Assembly (NCBI GenBank): GCA_016839705.1
Contig: JAEOTR010000079.1
Span: 32,224 to 96,223, forward strand
DNA: 64,000 nucleotides
Origin: Promethearchaeota archaeon
GTDB lineage: Archaea; Asgardarchaeota; Lokiarchaeia; Sigyniarchaeales; SOKP01
Direction: 5' to 3'
Under the pieces are notes generated by a model that saw only the letters and a program-made list of their open reading frames with translations, was not told the DNA's origin and ran no database searches. The number at the start of each line of letters is the position of its first letter. Position 1 is the first letter of the stretch. A program made the position numbers and the translations under genes. Of the stretch, positions 29,506 to 40,361 are shown piece by piece.

Positions 29506-30786
29506 TTGAAAAAAATTGCTTTTGTAATCTATTATCATAGACAGAACTTTTATAGCTTGAATGCAATAGCTGGTGCACTCGAGACAGATAAGATATTTGA
29601 GAGTATTGACTTTTACTTCTCAAGCTCTATTGAAGAACTCATGGAAACCCTCAAAGAGTTAGTCAAATCCTATAATAAAATTATAGTGGGGATTTCATTT
29701 TTCACTTCCCAACTCTTTGAAACTCATGACTTAGTTCAAAAGATAAAAAAAAAATATGATATGAAGTGCCTGTTGGTAGCAGGCGGTTCTCATCCAACAG
29801 GAGACCCCGTTGGCACCATTAAAATGGGATTTGATATAGTAGTAGTTGGTGAGGGTGAAGAAACGATAATTGAACTCATGCAGAAAATAAAATCTGACGA
29901 AAATCTAAATAAAGTGAGAGGAATTGTTTATAGAAATAAAGCAGGTGAACATATCTTAACAAGCAAACGCTCTTTAATCAATATGAATGATTATCCTCCT
30001 TTTCCTTTAAAAAATACGAGATATGGAGCTATTGAAATCACAAGAGGTTGCCCTTATGTATGCTATTTCTGTCAAATACCCTTTATTGTAGGCACTATCC
30101 CAAGACATAGAAGTATCGAAAATATATGTAAATATGTCCAAGAGTTGCATAATCATTATGGAGATCTTACCGATATAAGATTTATAACACCAAATGCCTT
30201 TTCGTATGGTTCAAAAGATGGAAAAAGTTTAAATTTAGAAAAACTTGAAACTCTACTAATAAATATTAGAAAAATTATTGGTACAAAAGGGAGAATATAT
30301 CTTGGAACGTTTCCCTCAGAAGTAAGGCCTGAACATGTCACCCAAGATACATTAAATTTAGTTTTAAAGTATGGTAATAATGACAATATTACTATTGGGG
30401 CACAATCTGGTAGTCAAAAAGTCCTTGACTCATGCCATCGAGGACATACAGTTGAAGATGTTAATCGAGCAGTAAAATTGACTTTAAAAAATAACCTTAA
30501 TATAAATGTAGATTTCATTTTTGGCTTGCCGGGAGAAGATGATGAAGATGTCAAGCAAACAGTAGAACTTATGACACATTTATCAACTCAGGGTGCAAAA
30601 ATTCATGCCCATGCGTTTATTCCTTTACCTCAAACACCGTTCTCAAAAACAAAAGCTAAAAGAGTTAATGATATTTACAAGAATGAGATTAAAACCCTAA
30701 TTTCAAAGGGATTAGCTTTTGGTAATTGGAAAAACCAAGAAAAATTAGCAAGGAAAATTACTGATTATTTTAAGAATAGAAATTGA
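29506..30786 (+). CDS. B12-binding radical SAM protein
   Basis: AGGSHPT, VGEGEE, EITRGCPYVCYFC, FPSEVRPE. Confidence 0.9.
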   Translation: MKKIAFVIYYHRQNFYSLNAIAGALETDKIFESIDFYFSSSIEELMETLKELVKSYNKIIVGISFFTSQLFETHDLVQKIKKKYDMKCLLVAGGSHPTGDPVGTIKMGFDIVVVGEGEETIIELMQKIKSDENLNKVRGIVYRNKAGEHILTSKRSLINMNDYPPFPLKNTRYGAIEITRGCPYVCYFCQIPFIVGTIPRHRSIENICKYVQELHNHYGDLTDIRFITPNAFSYGSKDGKSLNLEKLETLLINIRKIIGTKGRIYLGTFPSEVRPEHVTQDTLNLVLKYGNNDNITIGAQSGSQKVLDSCHRGHTVEDVNRAVKLTLKNNLNINVDFIFGLPGEDDEDVKQTVELMTHLSTQGAKIHAHAFIPLPQTPFSKTKAKRVNDIYKNEIKTLISKGLAFGNWKNQEKLARKITDYFKNRN

Positions 30787-30805
30787 TTTCTAGAATATTC
30801 AATAG

Positions 30806-31666
30806 TCACTTTACTATATATACAATTTCTTCTTTGATTTCAATAAATTCTTCCTTTTCTAATTGAGAAAGAATAGTTTTAAGTTTTTTATTATCAACAG
30901 TTTTTAATTGTTTCTCGATTTCAGATATATTGAAGGATTTACCTGAAATTAACATTTTTAAAACTTTTCCCCTAATTTGTCTATTTGAGCCTTTGAATGA
31001 TGCTTGTTTTCGGTAATGAGCACTTCTTTTATTCAAATCGGGATGTAATTTTTTGAGCATAACTCCATAATCCATTAGGGCATAATACCATTCCCGAGGA
31101 TTAGTTTTATCCATTGTTTTCTCCACAATTGGAAATATTTCTTTATCTGTGATATCATCCTTGCTGCGAAAGAAAAAATAGATGTAAACTCTCCTAATAT
31201 TTGTCTCAATAAAAATCGTAGATTTATTAAACGCAAACGTAGCAATTGAGGATGCAGTATTATGTCCAATTTGAGGAAAGGATTTTAATATTTCTATTGA
31301 ATTAGGTAAATTACCATTATATTCATTGATTACAATATCGGATATTTTCTTTAATGCTATTGCCCTTCTATTATACCCTAAACCTTGCCAAGCTTTAAGA
31401 ACATCTTCTAGTGGGGCTTTTGATAAGACTAAAAAACTTGGAAATTTTTCTATAAAAGTTAAAAACTTTTCTGAGACTCTTCCTGTCTGAGTTTGCTGTA
31501 GCATGATTTCAGATACTAGTACATTATAAGGAGTGATCTTTTCTCTAAAGGGAAAACTTCTTCTATGTTGTTTATAATAACTATAAATTATAGTTCGGAA
31601 TTGGCTAATAATTTCTTTTGACAACCCGTGTTCTTTATAAGATTTATGGAATTCAGATATAAGCAA
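30806..31666 (-). CDS. MutY-like HhH-GPD DNA glycosylase lacking the Fe-S cluster motif
   Basis: VSEIMLQQTQ, WQGLGYNRRA, IETNIRRV, ALMDYG; no Cys cluster. Confidence 0.88.
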   Translation of the reverse strand: MLISEFHKSYKEHGLSKEIISQFRTIIYSYYKQHRRSFPFREKITPYNVLVSEIMLQQTQTGRVSEKFLTFIEKFPSFLVLSKAPLEDVLKAWQGLGYNRRAIALKKISDIVINEYNGNLPNSIEILKSFPQIGHNTASSIATFAFNKSTIFIETNIRRVYIYFFFRSKDDITDKEIFPIVEKTMDKTNPREWYYALMDYGVMLKKLHPDLNKRSAHYRKQASFKGSNRQIRGKVLKMLISGKSFNISEIEKQLKTVDNKKLKTILSQLEKEEFIEIKEEIVYIVK

Positions 31667-31726
31667 ATATATTCACTATATTTTAGTTTTTATTATCTAA
31701 ATCTATTCAATTAGAATGTGACCTCC

Positions 31727-33628
31727 TCATTTTGAAAGACTAAAAACGAATTCAGTTACTCCCCCTTCGATTCTTTTAAGCTTTTGAGTATACCCTGAAC
31801 TATTAATAATATGAAGCATAGCTTTGTTCTCTAATAAGATCGCCCCCCCAAACTCTTTATAATTAAGTTCTCGTCCAATTTGAACAAGAAGCTGCAAAAG
31901 AAATTTGGATAAGCCCAACCCGCGCCATTCTCTATGAACTACAAAAAGTAATTCTGCCAATGAAGGTTGAGCTGTCTTAAAAAATCCTCCCATAGCAATT
32001 ATTTTTTCCTCCCCATTTTCTTCAGAGATTCCAACCAAAATCATATCTGTTAAGTAGTCAATATTTACCATGGGAGTAATTTTCTTACGACGAAAATCTT
32101 TCATGGGTGTAAAAAATCTCAGATATCGATCTTTATCATCAAGGGAATAATGTAACTCTTGTATCAATCTCTCATCAGTAGGTTTCACAGGTCGTATTTT
32201 AATTGTTTGGTTATTTTTTAATTTTAGAGTTGTTTCATATTTTTGAGGATATATCGCAACTCTTCCATCAATAGAAATCGGTAACTGTTGATCTGAATAA
32301 ATATATTTCCATTTCTTTGCTCTTTCTAAAAGTTCTTCTCTGAAATCTGGGTGGGCTATATTTATCATCTGTAGCACTCTTTCTCTAATTGATTTCCCAT
32401 ATAAATAAGCTATTCCCCATTCTGATACAATATAGTGGACATCTCCCCTTGTAATTACTACACCCGATCCAGGCTCAAGAAATGGGACTATCCTAGAAAT
32501 TACAGTTCCGTCCTTTAAAGTTGCCGTTGAGGGGATCACCATTATAGGTTTCCCATATTTTGCACGGGCAGCACCTCGAATAAAATCAACTTGACCTCCA
32601 ATACCACTAAAAAAAGTGTATCCAATTGAATCAGAATTAACTTGACCCGTTAAATCAACAGAAAGAGCAGCATTAATTGCGACTTGCCGTTTATTTTGAC
32701 TAATTATATATGGATCATTAGTATAATCGCTTGGGTGAAATTCAACCATAGGATTATTATTTACAAAGTCATAGAGCTTTTTAGATCCCATTACAAAGGA
32801 ACAAATTATTTTGTCTTTATGTAGTGTTTTTTTTTTACAGGTAACAACTCCCTCTTCAACAAGTTCTACTATACCATCTGAAAAAACTTCGCTGTGAATA
32901 CCTAAATCTTTTTTTTCTTTAAGTTCAGTGGTCACAGCATTAGGGATTAATCCTATACCCATTTGAATAGTAGATTCATTTTCCACTAAAGTTGCAGCGA
33001 ATTTAGCAATCTTTTTTGCCGTTTCATCAGGTTCACCGTAATTATATTCAATAATATTGTGATCTGAAAGAATATAAGCGTCTATGTCGTCCATGTGGAT
33101 AAAAGAGTTCCCTAAAGTCCGTGGCATTTTCGGATTTATTTCAGCTACCACAAATTCTGAAGACTCAGCAAGAGGTTTAGCAATATCCACATTTATACCG
33201 AAACTACAAAATCCATACTTGTCTGGGAGACTTACTTGCACAAGAGCAATATCTAAATGCATCCTGCCAGATTTAAATAACTTCGGAATCTCTGATAATA
33301 ACATAGGAGTGTAATCTGCTTGCCCTTCTCTTATGTATTTCCGAAGTGATTTTCCAATAAAAAATGCATTATGTCTGAATAAATCCTCTATTCCTCCCGC
33401 AGTTTCATAATAGTCTAGGTCGCTTAAACTGAGAAAATGCAAAATCTCAACATCAGGAAGTTGTGGTCCAAATTCAATTAATTTTTTTGTAAGATCAATA
33501 GGTTCTGCACAACCGGAATCAATAAATATCCGATTCCCCGGCCGAATGAATTTCTTAATAGCTTCATCAGCAGACACTTGTTTTTTGTTATACTTTTTTA
33601 ATCGATTTTGAATGGACGTATTTGACAA
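31727..33628 (-). CDS. Acetyl-CoA hydrolase/CoA-transferase fused to a C-terminal GNAT domain
   Basis: QMGIG.IP, HSE, GIGGQVDF, IAHPDFRE; C-terminal WRGLGLS acetyl-CoA motif. Confidence 0.9.
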   Translation of the reverse strand: MSNTSIQNRLKKYNKKQVSADEAIKKFIRPGNRIFIDSGCAEPIDLTKKLIEFGPQLPDVEILHFLSLSDLDYYETAGGIEDLFRHNAFFIGKSLRKYIREGQADYTPMLLSEIPKLFKSGRMHLDIALVQVSLPDKYGFCSFGINVDIAKPLAESSEFVVAEINPKMPRTLGNSFIHMDDIDAYILSDHNIIEYNYGEPDETAKKIAKFAATLVENESTIQMGIGLIPNAVTTELKEKKDLGIHSEVFSDGIVELVEEGVVTCKKKTLHKDKIICSFVMGSKKLYDFVNNNPMVEFHPSDYTNDPYIISQNKRQVAINAALSVDLTGQVNSDSIGYTFFSGIGGQVDFIRGAARAKYGKPIMVIPSTATLKDGTVISRIVPFLEPGSGVVITRGDVHYIVSEWGIAYLYGKSIRERVLQMINIAHPDFREELLERAKKWKYIYSDQQLPISIDGRVAIYPQKYETTLKLKNNQTIKIRPVKPTDERLIQELHYSLDDKDRYLRFFTPMKDFRRKKITPMVNIDYLTDMILVGISEENGEEKIIAMGGFFKTAQPSLAELLFVVHREWRGLGLSKFLLQLLVQIGRELNYKEFGGAILLENKAMLHIINSSGYTQKLKRIEGGVTEFVFSLSK

Positions 33629-33724
33629 AATAACACCTTGAAGTCTTATTACATTTAATTAAGTATCTAAATTGTATTAAATATAATTATAGACACTATT
33701 TGCCTTAAAATTTATTAGCTAATT

Positions 33725-34396
33725 TTGAAATATAATAGAAAATATGATTCTTTAGAACTAATTATGTATATCTTTTTTTTTGTATGTTTCGTAGGAACGA
33801 TCCTTTTAATACCAGTATATTTCTTATCTGTTGAACATCTAAAGTTAAAAAAGAAATATGGAGAAAAAAAAGGATTAAAAATAGCTGAGATTTGTGGATT
33901 AATTTCGGGATGGGGTTTTTTTATATTTCTATTCGGTCTCTGGATCTCTTATCAACCTAGGTTTGAAATTCCCTTAATTCAATATTATTTTGTTCTTATT
34001 GGATATTCAATTCCACTCATCCATTTACTACTCGCCATCCCTTTGATCTCAATTGGTGCTTGGTATGGAATAGTAGGTGTCAAGGAAGTTACATTGAAAG
34101 TAGCGGAAACTCATAGGCCAAATAAGGTTATTAGCACAGGAGTTTATTCGAGGATTCGCCATCCCCAATATTTTGGAGCAATCTTATCTCATATAGGGAT
34201 TTCTATCCTGCTTTCTTCACTTTTTTCTATTTTATCAACACCCTTAGTTATTGGAGTTATTTATATTTTTGCATGGAAGGAAGAAAAAGAACTGGTAAGA
34301 GAATTTGGTAAAGAATATGAAAATTACCAGAAAATCGCTCCAATGTTAGTACCTAAATTGAGGTTTAAGATGTTAAGAAATAAGGTTGATGAATAA
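33725..34396 (+). CDS. ICMT/PEMT-family membrane methyltransferase
   Basis: TGVYSRIRHPQY, EEKELVREFGKEYENY. Confidence 0.88.
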   Translation: MKYNRKYDSLELIMYIFFFVCFVGTILLIPVYFLSVEHLKLKKKYGEKKGLKIAEICGLISGWGFFIFLFGLWISYQPRFEIPLIQYYFVLIGYSIPLIHLLLAIPLISIGAWYGIVGVKEVTLKVAETHRPNKVISTGVYSRIRHPQYFGAILSHIGISILLSSLFSILSTPLVIGVIYIFAWKEEKELVREFGKEYENYQKIAPMLVPKLRFKMLRNKVDE

Positions 34397-34499
34397 TGTT
34401 TAATTTTCCACTATTGTACAACTAGTAATAAACAATAATAAATATCAAAATTCCTTCTAGAATGTATAAAAAAGACATTTACATTTTCTAAGTTTTTAT

Positions 34500-34829
34500 A
34501 TGCCTAGTGATAAAGTTGAGATTGAAGATTTAGAAGCATTTATTGATGGTTTAATCAATTCTTTTGATACTCTAGGGGATATTGAACTAGATAAATCAAA
34601 AGGTTTTCAAGCACAATTAGCAAAGGCAATTTCTGATTTGAGAACAAAAAGAGCAGATAAAATAGAACCTCTTCCTAAGCATATTGGGAAAGTTGATCTT
34701 AAAGCTTTATTATTAAGTGAGTTAGAAACTCTTCAAACTGATTTAGATTCTTCTAATTATAACCCAAGAAATAAATTTAAGTTAGTCAAAAAAATTGCTT
34801 TAGTTAGAGAGCAAATAAATTCAATGTAA
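34500..34829 (+). CDS. Hypothetical protein
   Basis: 109-aa helical ORF. Confidence 0.6.
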   Translation: MPSDKVEIEDLEAFIDGLINSFDTLGDIELDKSKGFQAQLAKAISDLRTKRADKIEPLPKHIGKVDLKALLLSELETLQTDLDSSNYNPRNKFKLVKKIALVREQINSM

Positions 34830-34871
34830 ACTTTATTTTTCTATCAAAGAATTAAAGAAAAATTAAGGTTT

Positions 34872-35630
34872 TTGATGTTAATCGATATCCATTGTCACGC
34901 TAATTTGTATTTAACTTTAGACGAAATTATTAACGAGGCTATTAAAGTGGGTGTTGAAAAAATACTCGCTGTTTCAATAAGCTTCATTAGTTTAGAAAGG
35001 ATCTTAGAAATATCTAGTAGATTTAAAGCAATTTATCCCGCATTAGGTATCCATCCTGAAGAAGTACAGATGAATAAAGATATAGAGAACCAATTGGATT
35101 CTGTACTAAACACCATTAGGAGTAATAGGGAGCAAATTTGCGCAATTGGTGAGATTGGTTTAGATCATCATTTTGTTAAAAATCACGAACTTTATCCCCT
35201 GCAAAAAATTATATTCGAAAAGATGCTTTTACTTGCTCAGGAGTTAGAGCTACCCGTCAATTTACATACAAAAGGAGCAGAAAAAGAAGTTTTTGATTTG
35301 CTCCCATCTTATACAATTCCAAATATTAATATCCATTGGTATTCGGGACCTGAGGAATTTTTAAAACGAGGTATCGAAAGGGGTTACTATTTTTCTATTA
35401 CTCCCGCAATTAGTTATTCTCCTGCCGTAAAAAAAACGGTTTCAATGGTTGACATCGATCATCTGCTGCTAGAAAGTGATGGTCCTGTGAAATATTCTGG
35501 AGAACTAGGAACACCAGCAATGATTAGAGAAGTTTTAAACACGGTCTCAAAATTAAAAGGAACTTCAGCAATTGAAATAGAAAACCAAATTTATGAAAAT
35601 ACTAAGAAAATTTTTCCCAAAATGTTTTAA
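34872..35630 (+). CDS. tatD: TatD-family nuclease
   Basis: DIHCH, GIHP, IGEIGLD, HWYSG, ESDGP. Confidence 0.92.
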   Translation: MMLIDIHCHANLYLTLDEIINEAIKVGVEKILAVSISFISLERILEISSRFKAIYPALGIHPEEVQMNKDIENQLDSVLNTIRSNREQICAIGEIGLDHHFVKNHELYPLQKIIFEKMLLLAQELELPVNLHTKGAEKEVFDLLPSYTIPNINIHWYSGPEEFLKRGIERGYYFSITPAISYSPAVKKTVSMVDIDHLLLESDGPVKYSGELGTPAMIREVLNTVSKLKGTSAIEIENQIYENTKKIFPKMF

Positions 35631-35641
35631 AAGAAGTCATT

Positions 35642-36643
35642 TTATAATATAAAATCCCTAATTTCTTCAGGAAATTGTTCACCTTTGATTTTCATTCGGT
35701 TTAACATTTCTTGAGCTTCAGAAAGTGTGTTTCCATAAATATGGAGTGAGTTACTAAAATCTAAATAATGACCTACTTCAACATTTAATGTTTCAGCAAT
35801 ATCTTTTTGAATTCTTATCATACCATTTACATTTGCTTCCCAAGCTCTAAATAAATCTCGACTTCTCCAAGTTGTCTGCATTATTAATTTTCCCTCTTTA
35901 ATACGCATAAATATTCTCTGGAGACAGGGGGGATCAAAATGATACGGATCTACTAAAGGGCGCCATGTGATTGCCTGTGCTCTACGTGAAAAGGGTTTTT
36001 CCTTTAGTTTTTGAACGATATATTCCATTTGGTTAATTCTAGGGAAACTCAAAGCAGCGATAGGAATTTTATCTATTTGAAGTTGCTCTGAGATCTTTTT
36101 ATCTAAATCTAATTCAATTTCATCATTTAATTTCCAGATATTTGATTCTGCAGTGCTTTTTACTTTTCCTGCTCTTACCAACTTTTTATGAGTTTTTACT
36201 AATTCATTATCAACAACTTCTAAATCATAATTCTTATGAATAGAATCTTCAAGTGAAAAAGGTGCATAATTAAATATTCTGTCATGATAAGAATAAGGAA
36301 AACTCACACCTGATTCATATAACAAATGATCATTAATACCATTCATTATCTCTTCAATGTAACCACTCTGGATGGACCCAATTAGATATGTATCTGCCAT
36401 ACATCCAAAAATCTCATATGAATTCCCAAATTTTGATTTAATCTTCAAAACTTTATTATTCCGCGTAATAGGGTTACTGAGAGGATCTGTTATCTCTATC
36501 AATACTGTAGCATCTTTAGAAGGGGCATCCTCCAATCTGTCGTATTCTGTTTTTATATCATCACCATTATATAACACTTGTCCCATTGCTGAAAGCCAAG
36601 CATCTCGGACATTAGTCTTAGAAATATAAAACACTTTTGCCAT
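35642..36643 (-). CDS. thyA: Thymidylate synthase, archaeal type, with an internal insertion
   Basis: FPYSYHDR, SRRAQAITW, PPCLQ, WRSRD, SLHIY. Confidence 0.85.
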   Translation of the reverse strand: MAKVFYISKTNVRDAWLSAMGQVLYNGDDIKTEYDRLEDAPSKDATVLIEITDPLSNPITRNNKVLKIKSKFGNSYEIFGCMADTYLIGSIQSGYIEEIMNGINDHLLYESGVSFPYSYHDRIFNYAPFSLEDSIHKNYDLEVVDNELVKTHKKLVRAGKVKSTAESNIWKLNDEIELDLDKKISEQLQIDKIPIAALSFPRINQMEYIVQKLKEKPFSRRAQAITWRPLVDPYHFDPPCLQRIFMRIKEGKLIMQTTWRSRDLFRAWEANVNGMIRIQKDIAETLNVEVGHYLDFSNSLHIYGNTLSEAQEMLNRMKIKGEQFPEEIRDFIL

Positions 36644-36819
36644 AGTTTACCACTCTTTTAAAGATTTGATTTCTACTATAAATTAATTATTAAAGATCTA
36701 ATAAAATCCCATCGAGTATCAGAATTTATTAACACGCTTTTTTCTAGATAAATTTATAATAGCAAGACTTTCATTATTTTATTGTAAATTTAATAAATAT
36801 TAAAAAAGAGGTATACACA

Positions 36820-36990
36820 ATGGGTTTAGGTAAGAAATTAAAGAAAGGACTTGCAAAAGGCTTAGGTGGAATAGTCGAAAATGTAACTGGATCAGAAGCA
36901 GCAGGTAAAGGTGTGAAAAAAGCAGTTAAAAAAGGTAGTGTCAAAAAAGGTATCAAGGCAGGTATTAAAGAAGCAAAGGATGATGATTAA
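36820..36990 (+). CDS. Small Lys/Gly-rich protein (56 aa)
   Basis: MGLGKKLKKGLAKGLGGIVENVTGSEAAGKGVKKAVKKGSVKKGIKAGIKEAKDDD; GAGGT upstream, T-tract downstream. Confidence 0.75.
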   Translation: MGLGKKLKKGLAKGLGGIVENVTGSEAAGKGVKKAVKKGSVKKGIKAGIKEAKDDD

Positions 36991-37094
36991 AAAGAGAAAC
37001 TAATTTTACTCAGCTTTTTTTTATTTTTTATTAACAGTAAATATTTTTATTTTTCATTCTTAAATTTATTAAACTGAAAAGGTCAAACTATATT

Positions 37095-37385
37095 ATGAAG
37101 TTGCACCTTGAATTTTCTCCGCCATTTAATGAAGTTACTAAAACTTTATTCGAAACATTCCAATTTGAAAAACAATTATCTTTAGCCGATTTAATTAGCT
37201 TTTTTGAACAGAAATATGGGGAAAATTTCAGTGATTTAGTCTGGGAGAAAGGAAATAACGGAGTTTTTAGCAAGTTTCTTTCTATTATTATAAATGGAAG
37301 GAGTTATCGACATGATAATTTCTTAGAAACAATATTAAAAGATGGAGATCAAATAGTGTTTATTTACATCTATTTTGGTGGGTAG
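37095..37385 (+). CDS. MoaD/ThiS/SAMP ubiquitin-like protein
   Basis: IIINGR...LKDGD...FGG C-terminus. Confidence 0.88.
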   Translation: MKLHLEFSPPFNEVTKTLFETFQFEKQLSLADLISFFEQKYGENFSDLVWEKGNNGVFSKFLSIIINGRSYRHDNFLETILKDGDQIVFIYIYFGG

Positions 37386-37443
37386 GATTTTAACTGTTTC
37401 TAATGCAATCTTTCTAATCATCAAGATATTATAAGTTGTAATT

Positions 37444-38472
37444 TTATAGCAAGAAAATAATCCATAATCCAAATCCAGTTAATAAAGGATTCAAGATGTT
37501 ATCAGAGATATTTCTAGCCAGAAGATCTACTAATAAGAATAATATTGTAGCTACTGTTGCCATTACGAATTTCTTTTCTATGGAAACAGGCATCCATGGA
37601 TGGTACAGTATTGAAATAATAATAACTATCAAAAATGTTGACAAACCACCAGCTATAAAACCTTCAATTGTTTTATTTGAATTTTTCCTTAGGCTATGTT
37701 TCCCACATTTTTTTCCAATTACACAAGCAGTAGCATCAGCTCCTGTGGCTATTAAGGCCACCATCCCAAAAATTGGAAAGGGAGCAAATAAAAAAGGGAT
37801 AAATGATAATACCAATGGTGTGGAAGCAATAAAAGTACATTGTTCTTTCTCTCGTATCCCTAGATACCACTTTTTTGCCCATTTTGGAAGCATATAGAAT
37901 TTATTTAGTCGTGTTAAGTCTCCAATTTGAAACATGATAACAAATCCATAACCAATGGTAATAATTAACCAATATGAGAAACTATAGTTATCTAATCCCC
38001 ATAAGGGTAAAATTCCTGTATCGTCTAGAATAAGGCCTAACGTCCAGAAGAAGAATATAACAAAACAAGTAAATAGATGTAGAAATTTCCTAGTCCACTC
38101 ATTTTTGAAATCATCTACGAAATTTTTGTTAATTTCTTCGCAGTATTTATTGTAATCCCTTTCTGCCATTATTTCAGGATTTCTTTTCGCAACAAACCCA
38201 TTATAAGATAACATTACTGCCCAAATTACTAATTCAATTATACAGAAAATAGCGGTAAAGGACCATAAAAAATTCAATGATACTTGGCTAATGGTGGAAG
38301 AATGAAATTGGTACATAAAAGGAAATGAGATACCCGCAACGAGGAATAATATCGCAATTAAAATCTCATTTGTGAATAAACGATTTTCAATTTTGGTTTT
38401 TCTGTTTTTCAAAATATAGATAAACGTTACTATAGAATATCCAACAAAAATTATAACGGTTGGTAAGTACAT
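37444..38472 (-). CDS. Polyprenol/diacylglycerol kinase-like (CTP-dependent, dolichol kinase family)
   Basis: RKFLH, GADATACVIGKKCG, NKTIEG, SDN. Confidence 0.8.
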   Translation of the reverse strand: MYLPTVIIFVGYSIVTFIYILKNRKTKIENRLFTNEILIAILFLVAGISFPFMYQFHSSTISQVSLNFLWSFTAIFCIIELVIWAVMLSYNGFVAKRNPEIMAERDYNKYCEEINKNFVDDFKNEWTRKFLHLFTCFVIFFFWTLGLILDDTGILPLWGLDNYSFSYWLIITIGYGFVIMFQIGDLTRLNKFYMLPKWAKKWYLGIREKEQCTFIASTPLVLSFIPFLFAPFPIFGMVALIATGADATACVIGKKCGKHSLRKNSNKTIEGFIAGGLSTFLIVIIISILYHPWMPVSIEKKFVMATVATILFLLVDLLARNISDNILNPLLTGFGLWIIFLL

Positions 38473-38507
38473 CTTCTTGATTGTTAATGTTAAATCTTCT
38501 TAAAAGG

Positions 38508-39614
38508 TTATGGAATCCACGACAATAGAATTGTATAATAGTTTAAATTAAAAAAGAAACGTACAAAAACGTAAACAAGGCTACACCCAATTGGAATTAG
38601 TAGGTTATCTGATACGTTTATAGGTTTATTAGTAAGAATATCCAATGTTAGAAACACTATAGAAAATATCAGGGACCAGAAAATACCGATAAAAAGAAAA
38701 CATATTATAAAAGTAATAAGAGTACCCGCAATTGTACCTTCCCAAGTTTTCTTTTTATTCCATGCAATATGGGATTTCCCATATCTTATCCCGATTTGAC
38801 TTGTCATCAAGTCACTAATAGAACTAATCCCTAGTATTGCAAAAAATATCATTGGAGGAGATGTGAAAGCCGCAAACATTTGTCCTATTGCGAAAAATAA
38901 ATAGGTGCCATAATTATCATGTTCCTTCTCAGTTAAGTATAATTTAGTAAAAAAATTAAAAGGAAATGAGATATACTTTGATTTTCGTGTAAATTCATTT
39001 GCTAACATAAACATACACAATAAATAAAAAAAGAAAAACAATATATAGTAAAACCAACCAAATGAGAAAAGAACTTCGATAATAGAACCAGACTCATTTC
39101 CTAGCTTAAAATATTGAAGAAGCATGTTATTTTCTTCAGGAATCATTCCCGCTGAAGAATTTGTAATTATATATACTATATATAATCCAACAAACCAGAC
39201 AACTACAAGCCCAATAAAAATGAATATGTGATTTATTTTCCTGAAGGAATCTTTCTTTGTCTTACTCCAACCTTTTTGTATTAGTTCTAATTTTTTATTG
39301 AATTCTGAAAGATCTTTATTAGTGATTTTTTTAAAGATGTGAACTATTAGGGTTGATATAACAATTAAGATGCAAGGAAAAAGCATAGGTATCCCAAGCA
39401 ATAATAACCATAAGGGAACTATAAAAGGTTGTAATCCCAATTCTTGATTCATTAATAATAGAAATAATAAAATATGAATAAAAATAAAAGATAAAGCACT
39501 AAAACCAATTATATTATTAAAGATCTCTGGTTTATGAGGAAGGTTGAAAAAAACAAAAAGAATAATACAGTAAGAAATAGCGATAATAATAAACCAGAAG
39601 TAAAATTGATACAT
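38508..39614 (-). CDS. Polyprenol/diacylglycerol kinase-like (tandem paralog)
   Basis: RKINH, SDLMTSQIGIRYG, KKTWEG, SDNLLIP. Confidence 0.8.
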   Translation of the reverse strand: MYQFYFWFIIIAISYCIILFVFFNLPHKPEIFNNIIGFSALSFIFIHILLFLLLMNQELGLQPFIVPLWLLLLGIPMLFPCILIVISTLIVHIFKKITNKDLSEFNKKLELIQKGWSKTKKDSFRKINHIFIFIGLVVVWFVGLYIVYIITNSSAGMIPEENNMLLQYFKLGNESGSIIEVLFSFGWFYYILFFFFYLLCMFMLANEFTRKSKYISFPFNFFTKLYLTEKEHDNYGTYLFFAIGQMFAAFTSPPMIFFAILGISSISDLMTSQIGIRYGKSHIAWNKKKTWEGTIAGTLITFIICFLFIGIFWSLIFSIVFLTLDILTNKPINVSDNLLIPIGCSLVYVFVRFFFNLNYYTILLSWIP

Positions 39615-39747
39615 TCTAAACCGTCATCCTTTCTTTTTTTTTTCACTTATCTACCTATTTAATTGAAAAATATCTAACTAATTAAATTTACATAAAAATT
39701 TTACTTATAATTAGTTAATCCCTATCTCGACTTTAACGGAAAATTTA

Positions 39748-40350
39748 ATGAAAAAAATAATATTGGCTTCGAAATCTATAGATCGAAGCGAACTCTTTAA
39801 TCGTATTGGCGTCCCTTTTGAGATGTTAGCTTCTAATATTGATGAGGAAAAATTCAAGAAAAAAAATTCCGATCCAATTATACTAGTGAAAGAATTAGCA
39901 AAAGCGAAGCTTGATTTTGTAAAAGAATTAGTGAAGAAGAGAGGTGAAGATGCTTTAATTATAGCGGCAGATACTTTAGTGGACTTAAATGGCGTCATCA
40001 TTGGGAAGGCTAAAAACTCGGAAGAAGCTTTTAAATTACTTAAAACTTTAAATGGCAAAGTTCATAGACTTATTACTGGAATTGCGATTACTGAAACTAA
40101 TGATCCTAAAATTATAAATGATTACGACATAACTTTAGTAGAATTCCTTACACTCTCAGATGCTGAAATACATAACTATATAAAAACTAATGAATGGGAA
40201 GGGCGAGCGGGAGCATATTCTATAAATGATAAAGCAAGTTTATTTATTAGCAAAATAAATGGATCTTCTTCAAATGTGATTGGCTTGCCAATGCATAAAA
40301 TATATGAAATATTAAAAACCGATTTTAAGTTAAATTTATTTCAGAAATGA
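39748..40350 (+). CDS. maf: Maf nucleotide pyrophosphatase
   Basis: ILASKS.DR, AADT, GK, AGAY, NVIGLP. Confidence 0.92.
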   Translation: MKKIILASKSIDRSELFNRIGVPFEMLASNIDEEKFKKKNSDPIILVKELAKAKLDFVKELVKKRGEDALIIAADTLVDLNGVIIGKAKNSEEAFKLLKTLNGKVHRLITGIAITETNDPKIINDYDITLVEFLTLSDAEIHNYIKTNEWEGRAGAYSINDKASLFISKINGSSSNVIGLPMHKIYEILKTDFKLNLFQK

Positions 40351-40361
40351 AAGTTTGGATC

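Noticed and set aside
36774-36956. Minus-strand 60-aa ORF
   Set aside because: Antisense of the better-supported 36820-36990 gene.
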